From a virus, in the IMG/VR virus record IMGVR_UViG_3300037882_001264, positions 1 to 64,000 of that record: a stretch of 64,000 nucleotides of DNA; one strand, written 5' to 3'. Positions 9,270 to 18,985 of the stretch are shown here, piece after piece. Below the pieces are notes generated by a model. That model made no database searches and was not told the DNA's origin. It saw only the letters and a program-made list of their open reading frames with translations. Every line of letters starts with the position of its first letter. The first letter of the stretch is position 1. Both the position numbers and the translations under genes were made by a program.

Positions 9270-10300
9270 CAGGATGTCCCGTTGGTTTCGATGGTGACCG
9301 CGTGGAAGGTCCCTGGTGTGGCGATGTCCGAGTTTAGATAAATGTGCCGGGTCGCTCCCCCGATGGCCACCTTGATCGCAGGCTGCCCTCCCGAGGTAGT
9401 CTGCGTGGAGAGGATGTGCTGGGCCTGCTGCTCGAAAGCGGCCGAGCCTGCGGCGGGGCTCATGATCTCAAGCGAACCGGTGTTCGGTACGTAGAGGGCA
9501 CCCCCGTTCTTGTAGGGTCCGACCTGCGTGGAGAACGTCGCTTGAGTCGTGTTGGCTACTGCTGCGCCGTCGGGGATCGCGCCGTACTGTCCAGCGACCG
9601 CTGGACTGCCGACGAACTGGTCCTCGTAGATGGTCTTGAACCCCTGGCCACTGTCGCCACGGATCGGCACTGCGGCGACCATGAGCGTCGAACACGAGAC
9701 GCCGTTCTTGTTGGCGTAGAAGCCAGCGCTCACGTTCGCGGGGTTGTTGAGCAGCAGCGCGGGGATTCCGCTACCGCCCTGGTGTGGATCCACCGAAGAG
9801 TAGAGCGGGTGCACCAGTTCGAGCAGGGGCACGGGCGTCGAGCCACGGAGCGCAGACACGCACCATCCGTACTTGTTGACGTTGAGGAAGAAGGTGAAGG
9901 TCGCACCTCGGCTCATCCATGACGGGAGCAGCGCCTCGGCGACACCGATGGTCGCGCCGGACGGGCCGTTCACCGACGTGAGCGATGGGTTCCTGGCCCG
10001 CAGCGTAAGGAGCGTCTCGGCCCCGAAGTACTTGATCTCGAAGAAGATTCCCGAGGAGAAGATCCCCGAGGCTACGCTGTCGGTTGAGCAGAACAGGCCC
10101 GCGCCCTCTTGCACAGCCATCACACAACGCACAGCCTGGGCGGGTCTCGGGGTGTTGGCGCCAAGGAGGCCGCCGCTCCCGTCAGCCCCGCTGTAGACAG
10201 CCTTGGACGCAGAGATGGCGAAGTTGGTACGCAGGGGCGCGACCGTGATTGGGTCCGACGCCCAGTTGGCTGTCATCACTGGGGAGGGGGCGAGGGTCAT
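9269..10300 (-). CDS. Virion structural protein
   Basis: 343-aa ORF with overlapping stop/start. Confidence 0.65.
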   Translation of the reverse strand: MTLAPSPVMTANWASDPITVAPLRTNFAISASKAVYSGADGSGGLLGANTPRPAQAVRCVMAVQEGAGLFCSTDSVASGIFSSGIFFEIKYFGAETLLTLRARNPSLTSVNGPSGATIGVAEALLPSWMSRGATFTFFLNVNKYGWCVSALRGSTPVPLLELVHPLYSSVDPHQGGSGIPALLLNNPANVSAGFYANKNGVSCSTLMVAAVPIRGDSGQGFKTIYEDQFVGSPAVAGQYGAIPDGAAVANTTQATFSTQVGPYKNGGALYVPNTGSLEIMSPAAGSAAFEQQAQHILSTQTTSGGQPAIKVAIGGATRHIYLNSDIATPGTFHAVTIETNGTS

Positions 10301-11556
10301 ACTCGGTATCCTACCGACACGGTGACGTTGGTCGGCGCTGTCACCCCTACGGGCCCGAAGCCGACCTGGATCACATCACCGGCCGAGCCCGCGAGCGACA
10401 CCGCGAACGTCTGGTACGAAGCCGACGACAGTCCGGTGACGGGCGACCCGAACGCGGCTTGCGATCCAGCGAGCGGAGTGCGGTACAACTGCGCATTGAC
10501 GTTGGCCGAGCCAGCGACCCACGCGATGGTGATGCTCTCGATCGTGTAGGCGCTGGGCATCGGGTAGAGCGCAGCGTAGATCTTGTTCTCCAGCGTGGCC
10601 ACTCCACCGAAGACGGCTTGCAGCAGGGGCGCAGGTCCAGTCGGGCCTGGCACAGTCGAGGCGGCACCCGTCATGCCGGTCGAGCCAGTGGGTCCGGCTA
10701 CCGTCGAGGCCGGACCAGTCGGGCCGGGCACCGTCGAGTCGAGCCCCTGGACACCCTGAGGGCCAGTGGGTCCGGCGACCGAGGAGACGGGTCCAGTCGG
10801 GCCCGTCACCGTCGAGGGTGCACCCTGAGGTCCCGTGGGGCCTGGGACGTACGAGTCGAGCCCATCGCTACCTCGCGGGCCGGTGTCCCCCTTCGGGCCC
10901 GTGACTGTCGATGGCGTGCCAGGGCTGCCGGGCGCACCAGTGTCGCCGACCGACCCTTGAGGACCTGTCGGCCCAGTGACTGTCGAGGGGGCGCCCTGCA
11001 TGCCAGTCGGGCCAGTCGGCCCAACGATGGCGGCTCCTGTGGGTCCAGTGACCGTTGAGGGGGCTCCAGTGTCTCCCGTGGCTCCGCGAGCACCAGTGGG
11101 GCCCGGCACCACCGAGGGGTCTCCAGGGGCGCCCTGGTCTCCAGTCGGGCCCACCGCTCCTCGGGCTCCTGTGGGGCCTGGGACGGACGAGGGGGCGCCT
11201 ACAGCCCCAGTGGCCCCAGTGGGCCCAGTGACGGTCGAGGGCGTCCCTGGGGTGCCCTGGTCGCCTGTGGGGCCGGTGACCATCGAGGGCGCTCCGGTGG
11301 GGCCGACAGCACCCGTGGGCCCCGGGATGGTCGAAGGGTCACCCTGATCACCAGTGGCACCGGTCGGGCCCATGGCTGTCGAGGCCGCACCGGTAGGGCC
11401 CGGCACGGTCGAGTCTTCGCCCTTGGGTCCGGTAGCACCAGTAGCGCCTGTGACCCCGCTCGTGTTGTCGATGTACGTCTTGGCATCAGCCCACGCCGTC
11501 GAGAAGGGGTCATACCACGGATCCTCCCCCAGTGGGGGCAGCGGGGGCCAACTCAT
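10297..11556 (-). CDS. Collagen-like (Gly-X-Y) tail fibre/decoration protein
   Basis: About 270 aa of interrupted GPT/GAT/GPQ triplets with recurring PSTVT(G) hinges. Confidence 0.9.
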   Translation of the reverse strand: MSWPPLPPLGEDPWYDPFSTAWADAKTYIDNTSGVTGATGATGPKGEDSTVPGPTGAASTAMGPTGATGDQGDPSTIPGPTGAVGPTGAPSMVTGPTGDQGTPGTPSTVTGPTGATGAVGAPSSVPGPTGARGAVGPTGDQGAPGDPSVVPGPTGARGATGDTGAPSTVTGPTGAAIVGPTGPTGMQGAPSTVTGPTGPQGSVGDTGAPGSPGTPSTVTGPKGDTGPRGSDGLDSYVPGPTGPQGAPSTVTGPTGPVSSVAGPTGPQGVQGLDSTVPGPTGPASTVAGPTGSTGMTGAASTVPGPTGPAPLLQAVFGGVATLENKIYAALYPMPSAYTIESITIAWVAGSANVNAQLYRTPLAGSQAAFGSPVTGLSSASYQTFAVSLAGSAGDVIQVGFGPVGVTAPTNVTVSVGYRV

Positions 11557-11559
11557 GGG

Positions 11560-11880
11560 CTATGCTCCTGCGCCATCTGGGAGTACGACCCAGGTGTCAC
11601 TGACGTCATCGTAGTAGTGGAGCGGGTGCGCGCTGACCCACCCGCGCCCGTTCCAGTAGCGCAGTGGGCGAGGCTCCCAGGAGTCACCATCCCAGACCTC
11701 GATGTTCTGGGGGATCTCCAGTTCGACGTCACCCACCAGGGTGAACTCAGATCCAGGCCATGGCCCTGTCTCGAAGAGCAGCCCTGTGTTGGAGACGGTG
11801 TACTCGACACCAGGCCATGCGCTCGTGTCGGGAGCGAGCCCTGTGTTGGAGACGGTGTACTCGAATCCTGAAGTCGGCAT
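11560..11880 (-). CDS. Small structural protein with tandem EYTVSNTGL repeats and Trp-rich C-terminus
   Basis: GFEYTVSNTGL/GVEYTVSNTGL repeats; WDG..W/WNG..W motifs; TAATG overlap. Confidence 0.65.
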   Translation of the reverse strand: MPTSGFEYTVSNTGLAPDTSAWPGVEYTVSNTGLLFETGPWPGSEFTLVGDVELEIPQNIEVWDGDSWEPRPLRYWNGRGWVSAHPLHYYDDVSDTWVVLPDGAGA

Positions 11881-12740
11881 TACGTCCACGACCCTGGGAT
11901 GGCCTTGGTGATTGCCACATACGGCCCGAGGGGCTGGGAGATGGCCCAGGTCCGCCGCATGGTGATGACCGAGGAGATGGCCCCAGGAGCAAGGGCGCCG
12001 ATGTTCTGGGTTGAGGCGTACCCGCCACCCGTGCTGAAGTCAATGCCCGCAGCCATGGCACCCGACGGAAGCGAGTCCTCCGCACTGATCACCACGCTGT
12101 TGGCCGTCAGGGTGGCGGACTGGTTCTTGACCCGGAAGGTCCTGGTGGCCGAGGACGACCTTGGTGAGTTGCCCCAGTCCAGCGCGGCGGGCGCGATGCG
12201 CTGATCCAGCACCGGGTCCCAGAAGTCGAGCCGATCATTGGCTGATGAGACCCTGCCAAACAGGTGAATGTTGCCCATGTCTGCTTCGTTGTAGAAGTCA
12301 GTGTCAAGATAGAACTGTAGCCCCTTGATCCCGGTTCCCGCCGAAGTAATCGGGACGATGCCCGTCCGGTGGGTGGTGCTTGTGCCGCCCGTCGTGATCC
12401 CCGTCGCCCCCGTGTTGACCCAGGTGCCGTCGAGCCCATTGGTCGTGTCCACTGAGGTCCACACCTGGAATACATCGACGACGTCACCAACCGAGATGGT
12501 CTGGTAGAGGTAGTGGGTGATATCCCTGGGCTCGGGGAAGAGGAAGTAGGTGCGATGCACCTCGTTTCGATCCTGGCTGAATAGTTCGACTGTGTTCGCC
12601 TCATTGTTTAGGGCGGCCACAGTACCCCCGGAGTGAGGGTAAAGCACGCCCCCCAGGGCAAGGCTCGTGTAGTGCACCTGTGTGCCATCGAGGTGATAGG
12701 CGAGCCGATTGTTGGGGTAGTCGGGGTAGTTGCCAGCCAT
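11880..12740 (-). CDS. Virion structural protein (possible discoidin/F5-8-like domain)
   Basis: FPEPRDIT...VWTSVDTTNGLDGTW pattern; tail block context. Confidence 0.6.
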   Translation of the reverse strand: MAGNYPDYPNNRLAYHLDGTQVHYTSLALGGVLYPHSGGTVAALNNEANTVELFSQDRNEVHRTYFLFPEPRDITHYLYQTISVGDVVDVFQVWTSVDTTNGLDGTWVNTGATGITTGGTSTTHRTGIVPITSAGTGIKGLQFYLDTDFYNEADMGNIHLFGRVSSANDRLDFWDPVLDQRIAPAALDWGNSPRSSSATRTFRVKNQSATLTANSVVISAEDSLPSGAMAAGIDFSTGGGYASTQNIGALAPGAISSVITMRRTWAISQPLGPYVAITKAIPGSWT

Positions 12741-12946
12741 CAGGCAGTCCCCCCGAAGGGGCCTAGACCGAATGGGCCTAGACCGAACCCGGATCCCAGG
12801 GGGATCGAGACACGCACAGCAGGGACATCCACTTTGACCGCCTGACGTCGAATGACTGCCGATCGCTGGGCAGGTGCGACAGGCTTACCCGGCGAGGGGA
12901 ACTGGAGCAGGGCCATGTGGACACGGGCCGTGCGCTCATCTGACAT
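12740..12946 (-). CDS. Small structural protein with GFGLGPFGLGPFGG motif
   Basis: GGAGG RBS; first gene after a late-type promoter. Confidence 0.6.
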   Translation of the reverse strand: MSDERTARVHMALLQFPSPGKPVAPAQRSAVIRRQAVKVDVPAVRVSIPLGSGFGLGPFGLGPFGGTA

Positions 12947-12968
12947 GGCCCCTCCTGTTCCGTCCCGC

Positions 12969-13007
12969 CTCTACCCTTTAGGTGGTAGCCCTGCGGGAGC
13001 GGACAGG
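12969..13007 (-). promoter_or_regulatory. Phage-specific (late-type) promoter heading the tail/decoration block
   Basis: CCTGT-22 nt-TAAAGGGTAGAG. Confidence 0.65.
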
Positions 13008-13231
13008 TTGATCTGGGGCGGCACAGACGACGACAGGCCAGTGTTGATGGGGTTCATCCCGTACAGCACGGAGACCAGCACGTACCCGAGCAGCGTCTCG
13101 TCCTCATACGTGAGCCCCAGGACTCGCGCGGCCATGATGACGCGGTAGTGGAACTCAGCGTCGTGCTCAAACCGGTAGCGCGCATCAGCGATGATCTGGT
13201 CGCGCTCGGCCTCGAAGAGAGTGTCGTTCAC
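12971..13231 (-). CDS. Hypothetical protein
   Basis: ORF with GTGA overlap. Confidence 0.55.
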   Translation of the reverse strand: MNDTLFEAERDQIIADARYRFEHDAEFHYRVIMAARVLGLTYEDETLLGYVLVSVLYGMNPINTGLSSSVPPQINLSAPAGLPPKG

Positions 13232-13899
13232 GGCAGCGACCCAGGGTTGACGATGGGGCCGGGGCCGGGGATGGCGAACACCGGCTGGCCATTCTCGTCT
13301 GGCACGACCTCTGCGCCATTCAGCACTTCGCGGGCAGCCTGCCTCCAGACCTCATCAACAGCAGCCCGCAGGAGTCGGTTCTCGGCCTCGATCAGGAGCA
13401 GTGGTCGGGCCTTGCCCTCCACTGCCGCCTTGACATACAGCCGGGCGAACCTCGCGTGGTCCTCCCAGTAGCCGGGAGTCTTGTCGTTCCCGTCATCCCC
13501 GAGGTAGGCGTCGGTGAGGAGCAGTTCGAGGCTCGCGCGCAGGTCAGTGACCTCAGCGTCCTTCCGGAGGATGATCTGCTGGTACTCAGTCTCGCGCGAG
13601 TTAGCCCTTCGGAGGTCCTCGTGCCAGCCCTCCACCTCGGCCTCCAACTCCGCGATGCGGTTGCCCCTGATGTTGATCTCAGCCTGAGCCTGGAGGATCA
13701 GCCGGTCGTGGTACTCAGTGGTGACGGTGCCGGGCAGCCGACTCGACTCCATGATGCGATTGGCAGCGAGCAGGCACCCCTGCCACTGAAGGACATCGAG
13801 GATCACCCCATCGTCGACAGTGCCGAACATCACGTCCGCGATGTCCCTGGCGATCGAGTTGCGCGCCAGGGTGGCATCGAGGCCGACCGGGTCGCTCAT
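13228..13899 (-). CDS. Hypothetical coiled-coil protein
   Basis: RIAELEAEVE heptads; ATGA overlap. Confidence 0.65.
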   Translation of the reverse strand: MSDPVGLDATLARNSIARDIADVMFGTVDDGVILDVLQWQGCLLAANRIMESSRLPGTVTTEYHDRLILQAQAEINIRGNRIAELEAEVEGWHEDLRRANSRETEYQQIILRKDAEVTDLRASLELLLTDAYLGDDGNDKTPGYWEDHARFARLYVKAAVEGKARPLLLIEAENRLLRAAVDEVWRQAAREVLNGAEVVPDENGQPVFAIPGPGPIVNPGSLP

Positions 13900-14201
13900 G
13901 ATGCATCCTCGGGCTCGAAGATGATGGTGCCGTCGCTGACGTCATCCCAGTCGAGCGTCCGGCCGTTCCCTGGTGAGTACCACCTGGACGACATGCGCGA
14001 GCGCTGCCACGCCACGCCCTCCTTGACCACGACAGTGCCCACAGGGGGCTGGGGGCGGCCGATGCGGGTGAGGGCTTCGCGCTTGAACGCAAACGTCGGG
14101 CCGGAGTCGCCCTCGACAGTCACGTTCACGTACTCGCCGCCAATGCTGCGGACCCTTGCCTTCAGTTGCACGGTGTCGCCCTTGCGCAGTTCGCCGCTCA
14201 T
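13896..14201 (-). CDS. Hypothetical protein (PPVG-VV family; paralogue of 27320..27649)
   Basis: QPPVGTVVVKEG...WDDVSDGTIIF. Confidence 0.65.
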   Translation of the reverse strand: MSGELRKGDTVQLKARVRSIGGEYVNVTVEGDSGPTFAFKREALTRIGRPQPPVGTVVVKEGVAWQRSRMSSRWYSPGNGRTLDWDDVSDGTIIFEPEDAS

Positions 14202-14809
14202 GCCGACACCGTCTCTTCTGCCTTGAGGCGCTCGATCTCGTCCTTCAGGGTCTTCATCCAGGCCTCGCTCTTCCTGCGGCGCGCGGTGGCCTCTGCGAGG
14301 TCATCCGCAGCCAGGTCCAGGCGGCGCTGGGCGTCCTTGCGCTCGTCGTCGATCCACTCTTGCGGGTTCATGAACGGGAGCGACTCGGTGTCACGCTTCA
14401 GGACGCCGTAGCACGACGTCTCCAACTGCTGGATCATGAAGTCCTTGACGTTCGACAGGGCCTCGGGGGCATCCCATGCCATGACTTTGGCCTGCATCGC
14501 AAGGAAGGGCTCGTTGTTCCTCTCTCGCCACTCGACCGACTCGCGCTGAGCCCTGATCAGGCCCTCGTTATAGTTGCGGGCGCCAGCGACGATCTCCTCG
14601 TAGGAGAGGGTAGCCAGGGCAGCGACCTTGGCGCGAGCCTCGTCGACAGCCTGCTGGTAGCGGGGATTCATGGGCCGCATGTCAGGGATCGGGGATCCGA
14701 TCTTGGCCTCGCGCATGTCGATGATGAACGCGCTCGCGACGGTGTGGAGGAACTCGCTGAGGCTGTTGACCTCGCCGTCCGCGATGGGCGCTGTGTATCC
14801 AGTGGGCAT
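14198..14809 (-). CDS. Conserved phage hypothetical protein (MPTGYT family)
   Basis: MPTGYTAPIADG start, recalled from many phage proteins. Confidence 0.7.
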   Translation of the reverse strand: MPTGYTAPIADGEVNSLSEFLHTVASAFIIDMREAKIGSPIPDMRPMNPRYQQAVDEARAKVAALATLSYEEIVAGARNYNEGLIRAQRESVEWRERNNEPFLAMQAKVMAWDAPEALSNVKDFMIQQLETSCYGVLKRDTESLPFMNPQEWIDDERKDAQRRLDLAADDLAEATARRRKSEAWMKTLKDEIERLKAEETVSA

Positions 14810-14810
14810 C

Positions 14811-15230
14811 TCAGTTGCTCTCTCTCTCGAAGATGGTTTCGTTGGTGACCCGGTCGACGGCAGTCAACCAGAACTTGCTGCGGAGTTCCACCGGCACGAC
14901 GTACCAGGTGTCAGCCTTCTCGGGACCGCCACCAGCGGCGATCATGATCGAGCGCCACTCGGGATCCATCATGGCGGTGTACTGCCAGTCGGTCCACTTG
15001 ATGGCTAGGCGCTCGGAGACATCGACGGTGAACTGCACCTGGCGCTTCAGCGCGTAGACGCCATGCTCAATATCGTCGCTCAGAGACGCCTCCAGGTCGC
15101 TGGTGAGCCAAACGACGTCCGGCCCTTGGTGAGGGACCATCATGGACACGTTGCTCTCAGAGGTGCACAGGTAGCCGCACTCCAGGATCGCGGGGACGTG
15201 GAGGGGGCTGGTGTAGTGGGCGAGAATCAT
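14811..15230 (-). CDS. ADP-ribosyltransferase-fold-like protein
   Basis: LAHYTS....AILECGYL...VVWLTSD pattern resembles HxT-type ART/DarT-like domains. Confidence 0.45.
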   Translation of the reverse strand: MILAHYTSPLHVPAILECGYLCTSESNVSMMVPHQGPDVVWLTSDLEASLSDDIEHGVYALKRQVQFTVDVSERLAIKWTDWQYTAMMDPEWRSIMIAAGGGPEKADTWYVVPVELRSKFWLTAVDRVTNETIFERESN

Positions 15231-15481
15231 GGCGCGGACCCTACAGGCAGGGGCCACCAGCGGTCAAGCAACTCGACCGGCGTGGGGAAGCCGAACTTCG
15301 CTTGCCACATCGCTGCGTACTGCCTGCGGGCGTACTGGTTCGCGTGCCCCACCTCGATGAAGGTGGTCAGCACCCGGACACCGTTACGCTCTGTGACCAG
15401 TTTCCGGCTCTGGTAGTGACCGGAGATGTTCTCGATCATGTCTCCGCAGAACTCGTAGACCTCGCTACCCACGGCACTCAC
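15227..15481 (-). CDS. Hypothetical protein
   Basis: ORF coupled to neighbours; start uncertain. Confidence 0.5.
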   Translation of the reverse strand: MSAVGSEVYEFCGDMIENISGHYQSRKLVTERNGVRVLTTFIEVGHANQYARRQYAAMWQAKFGFPTPVELLDRWWPLPVGSAP

Positions 15482-15770
15482 CTCGGCACTCGGCGTCGAA
15501 CTGCCCTGTGAGCACGCAGGGGTGCCAGTCGGGGTCATCGGGCTCGTCGTCGAACTCGGTGATCAGGTCACGGATGCTCGGGCCCGACGGCCACTGCTTG
15601 ACCATGACGAGCAGGCAGTTCTTGCGGCACTCCTCATCGATCCATGAGGGGCGCCCGTTGATGGGGCGATCCAGCGAGGTGGGGCGCTCTTCCCTAGGCC
15701 AGTGCGGGGACTGGAGATGCAGCACGGCGTACTCCCATCCCACGGGAGGGGGCGGGTAGTACTCCATCAC
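15465..15770 (-). CDS. Hypothetical protein
   Basis: ORF with overlap start. Confidence 0.55.
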   Translation of the reverse strand: MMEYYPPPPVGWEYAVLHLQSPHWPREERPTSLDRPINGRPSWIDEECRKNCLLVMVKQWPSGPSIRDLITEFDDEPDDPDWHPCVLTGQFDAECRGECRG

Positions 15771-16078
15771 TCCACCCCCACAAGGCCGACTGGCCAGTGC
15801 GGCGAATGGTTGACGACGGGGGCCTCGACGAGCCGGTAGTGCGGCAGCCCCTCCATGGGCTCGTCACCATCCCACCAGAGATCGGCGTGCTGCTCGCACA
15901 CCAGGACGAACCTCAGGCCGTAGCGCTGAGGGGGGAGGGCCTGGGCATCGGGCCTCGCCCTGACGAGGGCGTCGACCTGGGGCAGTAGCCAGACAGCCGG
16001 GGACGCCAGTTGCGAGTCAGCACAGTTGCCGACCGCGCAGGGCGGGGTCTTGTCTGGGGCCGGGATCTTGTAGGTCAT
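15767..16078 (-). CDS. Hypothetical Cys-containing protein
   Basis: TGATG overlap start MTYKIP; CAVGNC...CEQH. Confidence 0.55.
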   Translation of the reverse strand: MTYKIPAPDKTPPCAVGNCADSQLASPAVWLLPQVDALVRARPDAQALPPQRYGLRFVLVCEQHADLWWDGDEPMEGLPHYRLVEAPVVNHSPHWPVGLVGVE

Positions 16079-16545
16079 CAGAACCCCCTCGGGGCGCACA
16101 GGCCCGACTCGCCGATGTAGGTGGAGACGTAGCAGGAGACGTTGAAGTAGTCGGTCATCGAGTCGACGTCGCTGCGGACGTAGGCCTGGCCGATGCCGTC
16201 CACGATCGGGCTGAGGGTCAGGGCTTGCTCGGTCCACTCCCACTCGCCGATGCTCCGGCCGTAGTTGCGGTCGCCCGGCTCGGAGTCGCGGCGGGCCCAG
16301 CCCTCGCCATTCGACTGGCCCTCGGTGTTAGGGCCAACGATGTGGATCGAGACGCTCTGACCCATCGAGTAGCGCTTCGAGGTCACGCGGTAGGTGAAGC
16401 CCTCGGCCTTGCCGGGGATCGTGCCAGCAGCCTGCGCGGCCTTGAGGTCCTTGCGGATCGCGGCGGCGATCTGGGCGGAGGTGAGGCGAGCCTCGGGGTC
16501 GTACTTCTCCCCGACGGTCAGCGTGCCGTACGCGGTGGCGGTCAT
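16078..16545 (-). CDS. LPD29-like (large polyvalent protein-associated domain) protein
   Basis: AAAIRKDLK...YRVTSKRYSMGQSVSI...DSMTDYFNV signature. Confidence 0.7.
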   Translation of the reverse strand: MTATAYGTLTVGEKYDPEARLTSAQIAAAIRKDLKAAQAAGTIPGKAEGFTYRVTSKRYSMGQSVSIHIVGPNTEGQSNGEGWARRDSEPGDRNYGRSIGEWEWTEQALTLSPIVDGIGQAYVRSDVDSMTDYFNVSCYVSTYIGESGLCAPRGF

Positions 16546-16559
16546 GCGATCTCCTCGTG

Positions 16560-16608
16560 GTCTCTGGCGGTGTGGTGTCAGTCTAGGCCATCGAGCCCAG
16601 GATGTCAA
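16560..16608 (-). promoter_or_regulatory. SigA-type early promoter plus CCGCCAGAGAC leader
   Basis: TTGACA-17-TAGACT, then CCGCCAGAGAC-cacg-AGGAG. Confidence 0.75.
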
Positions 16609-16907
16609 GCAGACGCGGGGAAGGTGGCAGACGAGGTGGTGTAGTCGATCTCGACACCGGGCAGTTCCTCGAACTCCTCGGCGAGTTCCCAGAAGGTGTC
16701 TTCAGCAGCACCGTCGTAGGGGTGCGAGCCCTCGTCGTCGGGGCGGACGCGCTGAGCGACCACGCACTCGCGGAGGTTGTCGACCTTGTGGGCCAGGTAG
16801 GGGTCGAGCAGGCCCAGGCTCTGGATGTGGCTCGCGAGGGCGAAGGTGACGTTGGCGTCGTTGCGGTCCTGGATGATGAAGGTCTTGGTCTCGTTGGCTG
16901 TCGTCAT
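16605..16907 (-). CDS. Hypothetical protein (probably leaderless mRNA)
   Basis: ATG 7 nt downstream of a -10 box. Confidence 0.65.
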   Translation of the reverse strand: MTTANETKTFIIQDRNDANVTFALASHIQSLGLLDPYLAHKVDNLRECVVAQRVRPDDEGSHPYDGAAEDTFWELAEEFEELPGVEIDYTTSSATFPASA

Positions 16908-16913
16908 GGGAGA

Positions 16914-16942
16914 AGTGTACGCCCCTGAGCAAGGCTTGTCAA
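16914..16942 (-). promoter_or_regulatory. SigA-type promoter
   Basis: TTGACA-17-TACACT. Confidence 0.75.
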
Positions 16943-16943
16943 G

Positions 16944-17288
16944 TCACGGCACGCACCCAGATCCGTTGGGGCCGCACAGCCCGCTATGAAGTCCGCAGGT
17001 GGGGACCGACTCCGCGTGGTCCATGCCGTCCTCGTCGATCCAGACCTTGCCGACGATGCCCGAGGCGCCCATGAGTTGCTCCAGGCTCCAGCCCTCGATG
17101 GTGTACCAGGCGTAGTTGGTGCGCATGCTCAGCGCCCACTCGCCACTGCCGCTGATGAGGTTGGCCGCCTTGATTACAGCATGGTCGGGGATCTGCGGGT
17201 TGTTCGCTCGGTAGGACAGGTAGTCGGCGCGCGCCTCATCGGCGCTCACCCACAAGGGGCTCGTGCGCCCCCACTCCTTGTCAGTCAC
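16944..17288 (-). CDS. Hypothetical protein
   Basis: GTGA overlap start (VTDKEW). Confidence 0.55.
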   Translation of the reverse strand: MTDKEWGRTSPLWVSADEARADYLSYRANNPQIPDHAVIKAANLISGSGEWALSMRTNYAWYTIEGWSLEQLMGASGIVGKVWIDEDGMDHAESVPTCGLHSGLCGPNGSGCVP

Positions 17289-17494
17289 GGCAGTTCCCGC
17301 ACGCCGGTCGCATAGTCCCTGGTCGCAGACGGCCACGACTTGCCACCGGCCTCGCAGTATGCCCTCCATGCAACCCGCAAGGAGGCAAGTTGAGCCTCGG
17401 GGTGGTTAGAGCCAGCCATGAGCCAGAGCATGGGCTCGGACTCCATCACGTCGAGCGCAATGTCGATCGCCTCTTGAGTCGGCTTGTCAGTCAT
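17285..17494 (-). CDS. Hypothetical protein
   Basis: Start MTDKPTQE. Confidence 0.5.
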   Translation of the reverse strand: MTDKPTQEAIDIALDVMESEPMLWLMAGSNHPEAQLASLRVAWRAYCEAGGKSWPSATRDYATGVRELP

Positions 17495-17732
17495 CGTCGT
17501 CCCCCTTCTTGCCACGCTGCACCAGGATGTGCCAGGTGAACCACCCGATGAAGGCGATGAAGCCGATGGCGCCCAGCGGGCTGTTGGTGACCCAGCGCAC
17601 CGACTCCGAGAGCGTGTCACCCTGGTCGGGGTTGACAATCGCCACCGCTTCTGGTACGGCGAACGCTAGCACTCCGAACACGGCAATCCAGTAGATCAGC
17701 CACGGCTTCTTGGGCGGCGGTACGTCGGTCAC
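17487..17732 (-). CDS. Small membrane protein (2 TM)
   Basis: Two hydrophobic segments. Confidence 0.6.
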   Translation of the reverse strand: MTDVPPPKKPWLIYWIAVFGVLAFAVPEAVAIVNPDQGDTLSESVRWVTNSPLGAIGFIAFIGWFTWHILVQRGKKGDDDD

Positions 17733-17932
17733 AGTCTCCTCCAGATCACGGATGCCATCCAGGATATCGCCAAGCCTGCCACCGATGCAGTGAGCACCCC
17801 TGCGAGCAGCCCCTTGCTGTTGTCGAGCGCCAGCGCCGAGGTGAAGTAGCGGATCGAGAGCGACTCAGCGACCAGCGCGACCAGCATCAGGCCTCCCACC
17901 AGGAGGACGTCGCCTTGCTTGGCTCTCACCAT
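17729..17932 (-). CDS. Small membrane protein (2 TM)
   Basis: Two hydrophobic segments. Confidence 0.55.
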   Translation of the reverse strand: MVRAKQGDVLLVGGLMLVALVAESLSIRYFTSALALDNSKGLLAGVLTASVAGLAISWMASVIWRRL

Positions 17933-18144
17933 GGACCGCCGATACCTCTGCCGCGTTGTGGTCGGTTGAGGGCGCGCTCGATGCCCTGGAGCGACTGGGC
18001 GATCGAGACCAGCGCGTAGAGTTGCGCCTCATTGATCGAGTCGTCGAGCGACACATCCGTGGTGACGGGGTCGCCCCGGTAGATGCCGCCAGCGATCTCG
18101 GTGGCGATCTTCAGAGGGTCGACCCTCTCCTCGACGGTGGCCAT
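17926..18144 (-). CDS. Hypothetical protein
   Basis: GGAGGAG RBS, TGATG overlap. Confidence 0.6.
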   Translation of the reverse strand: MATVEERVDPLKIATEIAGGIYRGDPVTTDVSLDDSINEAQLYALVSIAQSLQGIERALNRPQRGRGIGGPW

Positions 18145-18617
18145 CAGTGCTCCTCCTGGTTCGGCGGGACGACATGGGTGCCGCAGTTGGTGCAGATCGG
18201 GTTCGAGATGCGCTGTCGGATGACCTCAGCGATGTCGACGAGCGCGTCGGCATAGATCAGCGCATTGCGGCGCTGCTTCTTGCCCAACTCGCGCTTCTTC
18301 TTCTTGCGCTGGTCGTCCTCGTAGACGATCTGCCAGATGGTGCGGGCGTCGTCCTCCACCCCCAGCGCGATGTCGAGCATGAGGTTGTCGCCGAACATGA
18401 AGCGCTCAGCGACCAGGGGAGGGGCGATGTCCGAGGCCAGCGACATGGCGCCCTGCTGCACGGCATGGTCGGTGTCGACGCCAGCGGTCACCATGGTCTC
18501 GGAGTCGACGATGGCGGTGAGCACCACCTCGCGGTACTGGTCCATGACGTCGTGAGTCGCCGAGAGGATCCGCATGTGCTCGACCATCTCCGGATCGATT
18601 TCTTCTGGCTCGGTCAT
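18144..18617 (-). CDS. Hypothetical protein with C-terminal CxxC
   Basis: CTNCG; coupled ORF. Confidence 0.65.
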   Translation of the reverse strand: MTEPEEIDPEMVEHMRILSATHDVMDQYREVVLTAIVDSETMVTAGVDTDHAVQQGAMSLASDIAPPLVAERFMFGDNLMLDIALGVEDDARTIWQIVYEDDQRKKKKRELGKKQRRNALIYADALVDIAEVIRQRISNPICTNCGTHVVPPNQEEH

Positions 18618-18985
18618 GACGTCTCCTCGATGATGGGGGTGACCTTGACATCGTAGGGATGCAGGTGGCTCTTGCTGTGGCCATCGGGCAGGATGCAGGG
18701 CTTGGGCGGGCCGAACTCGTAGTGCCTGCCCTTGTGGTCGTAGGGCTCACGAGCGCCTTCCTCGGATGGCCTGGCGCACGGCTCTCGCTCGCCGTCGTCA
18801 CCGTCAAACACGCTGATCGCGCCGTCCTCGATGTTGTCCCAGCGCAGCAGGCAGTTGTTGCAGTAGGCCACCCCGTCCTCGATCTCGACATCTGCGCGGC
18901 ACTTCGAGCAGAACGCAGAGGAGAAGACCAGTTCGGGCAAGTGCTTGTGGGTGGTGTACGAGAACGCCTCCTTGAGTTCGGTCAT
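18614..18985 (-). CDS. Zinc-ribbon protein
   Basis: CSKC...CNNC and PCILPDGH...H. Confidence 0.6.
   Translation of the reverse strand: MTELKEAFSYTTHKHLPELVFSSAFCSKCRADVEIEDGVAYCNNCLLRWDNIEDGAISVFDGDDGEREPCARPSEEGAREPYDHKGRHYEFGPPKPCILPDGHSKSHLHPYDVKVTPIIEETS

Noticed and set aside
11780-11865. Direct repeat GAGCCCTGTGTTGGAGACGGTGTACTCGA-like (2 copies), a possible DGR template/variable pair
   Set aside because: In-frame tandem peptide repeat (EYTVSNTGL); no adenine-specific divergence and no reverse transcriptase in the window.
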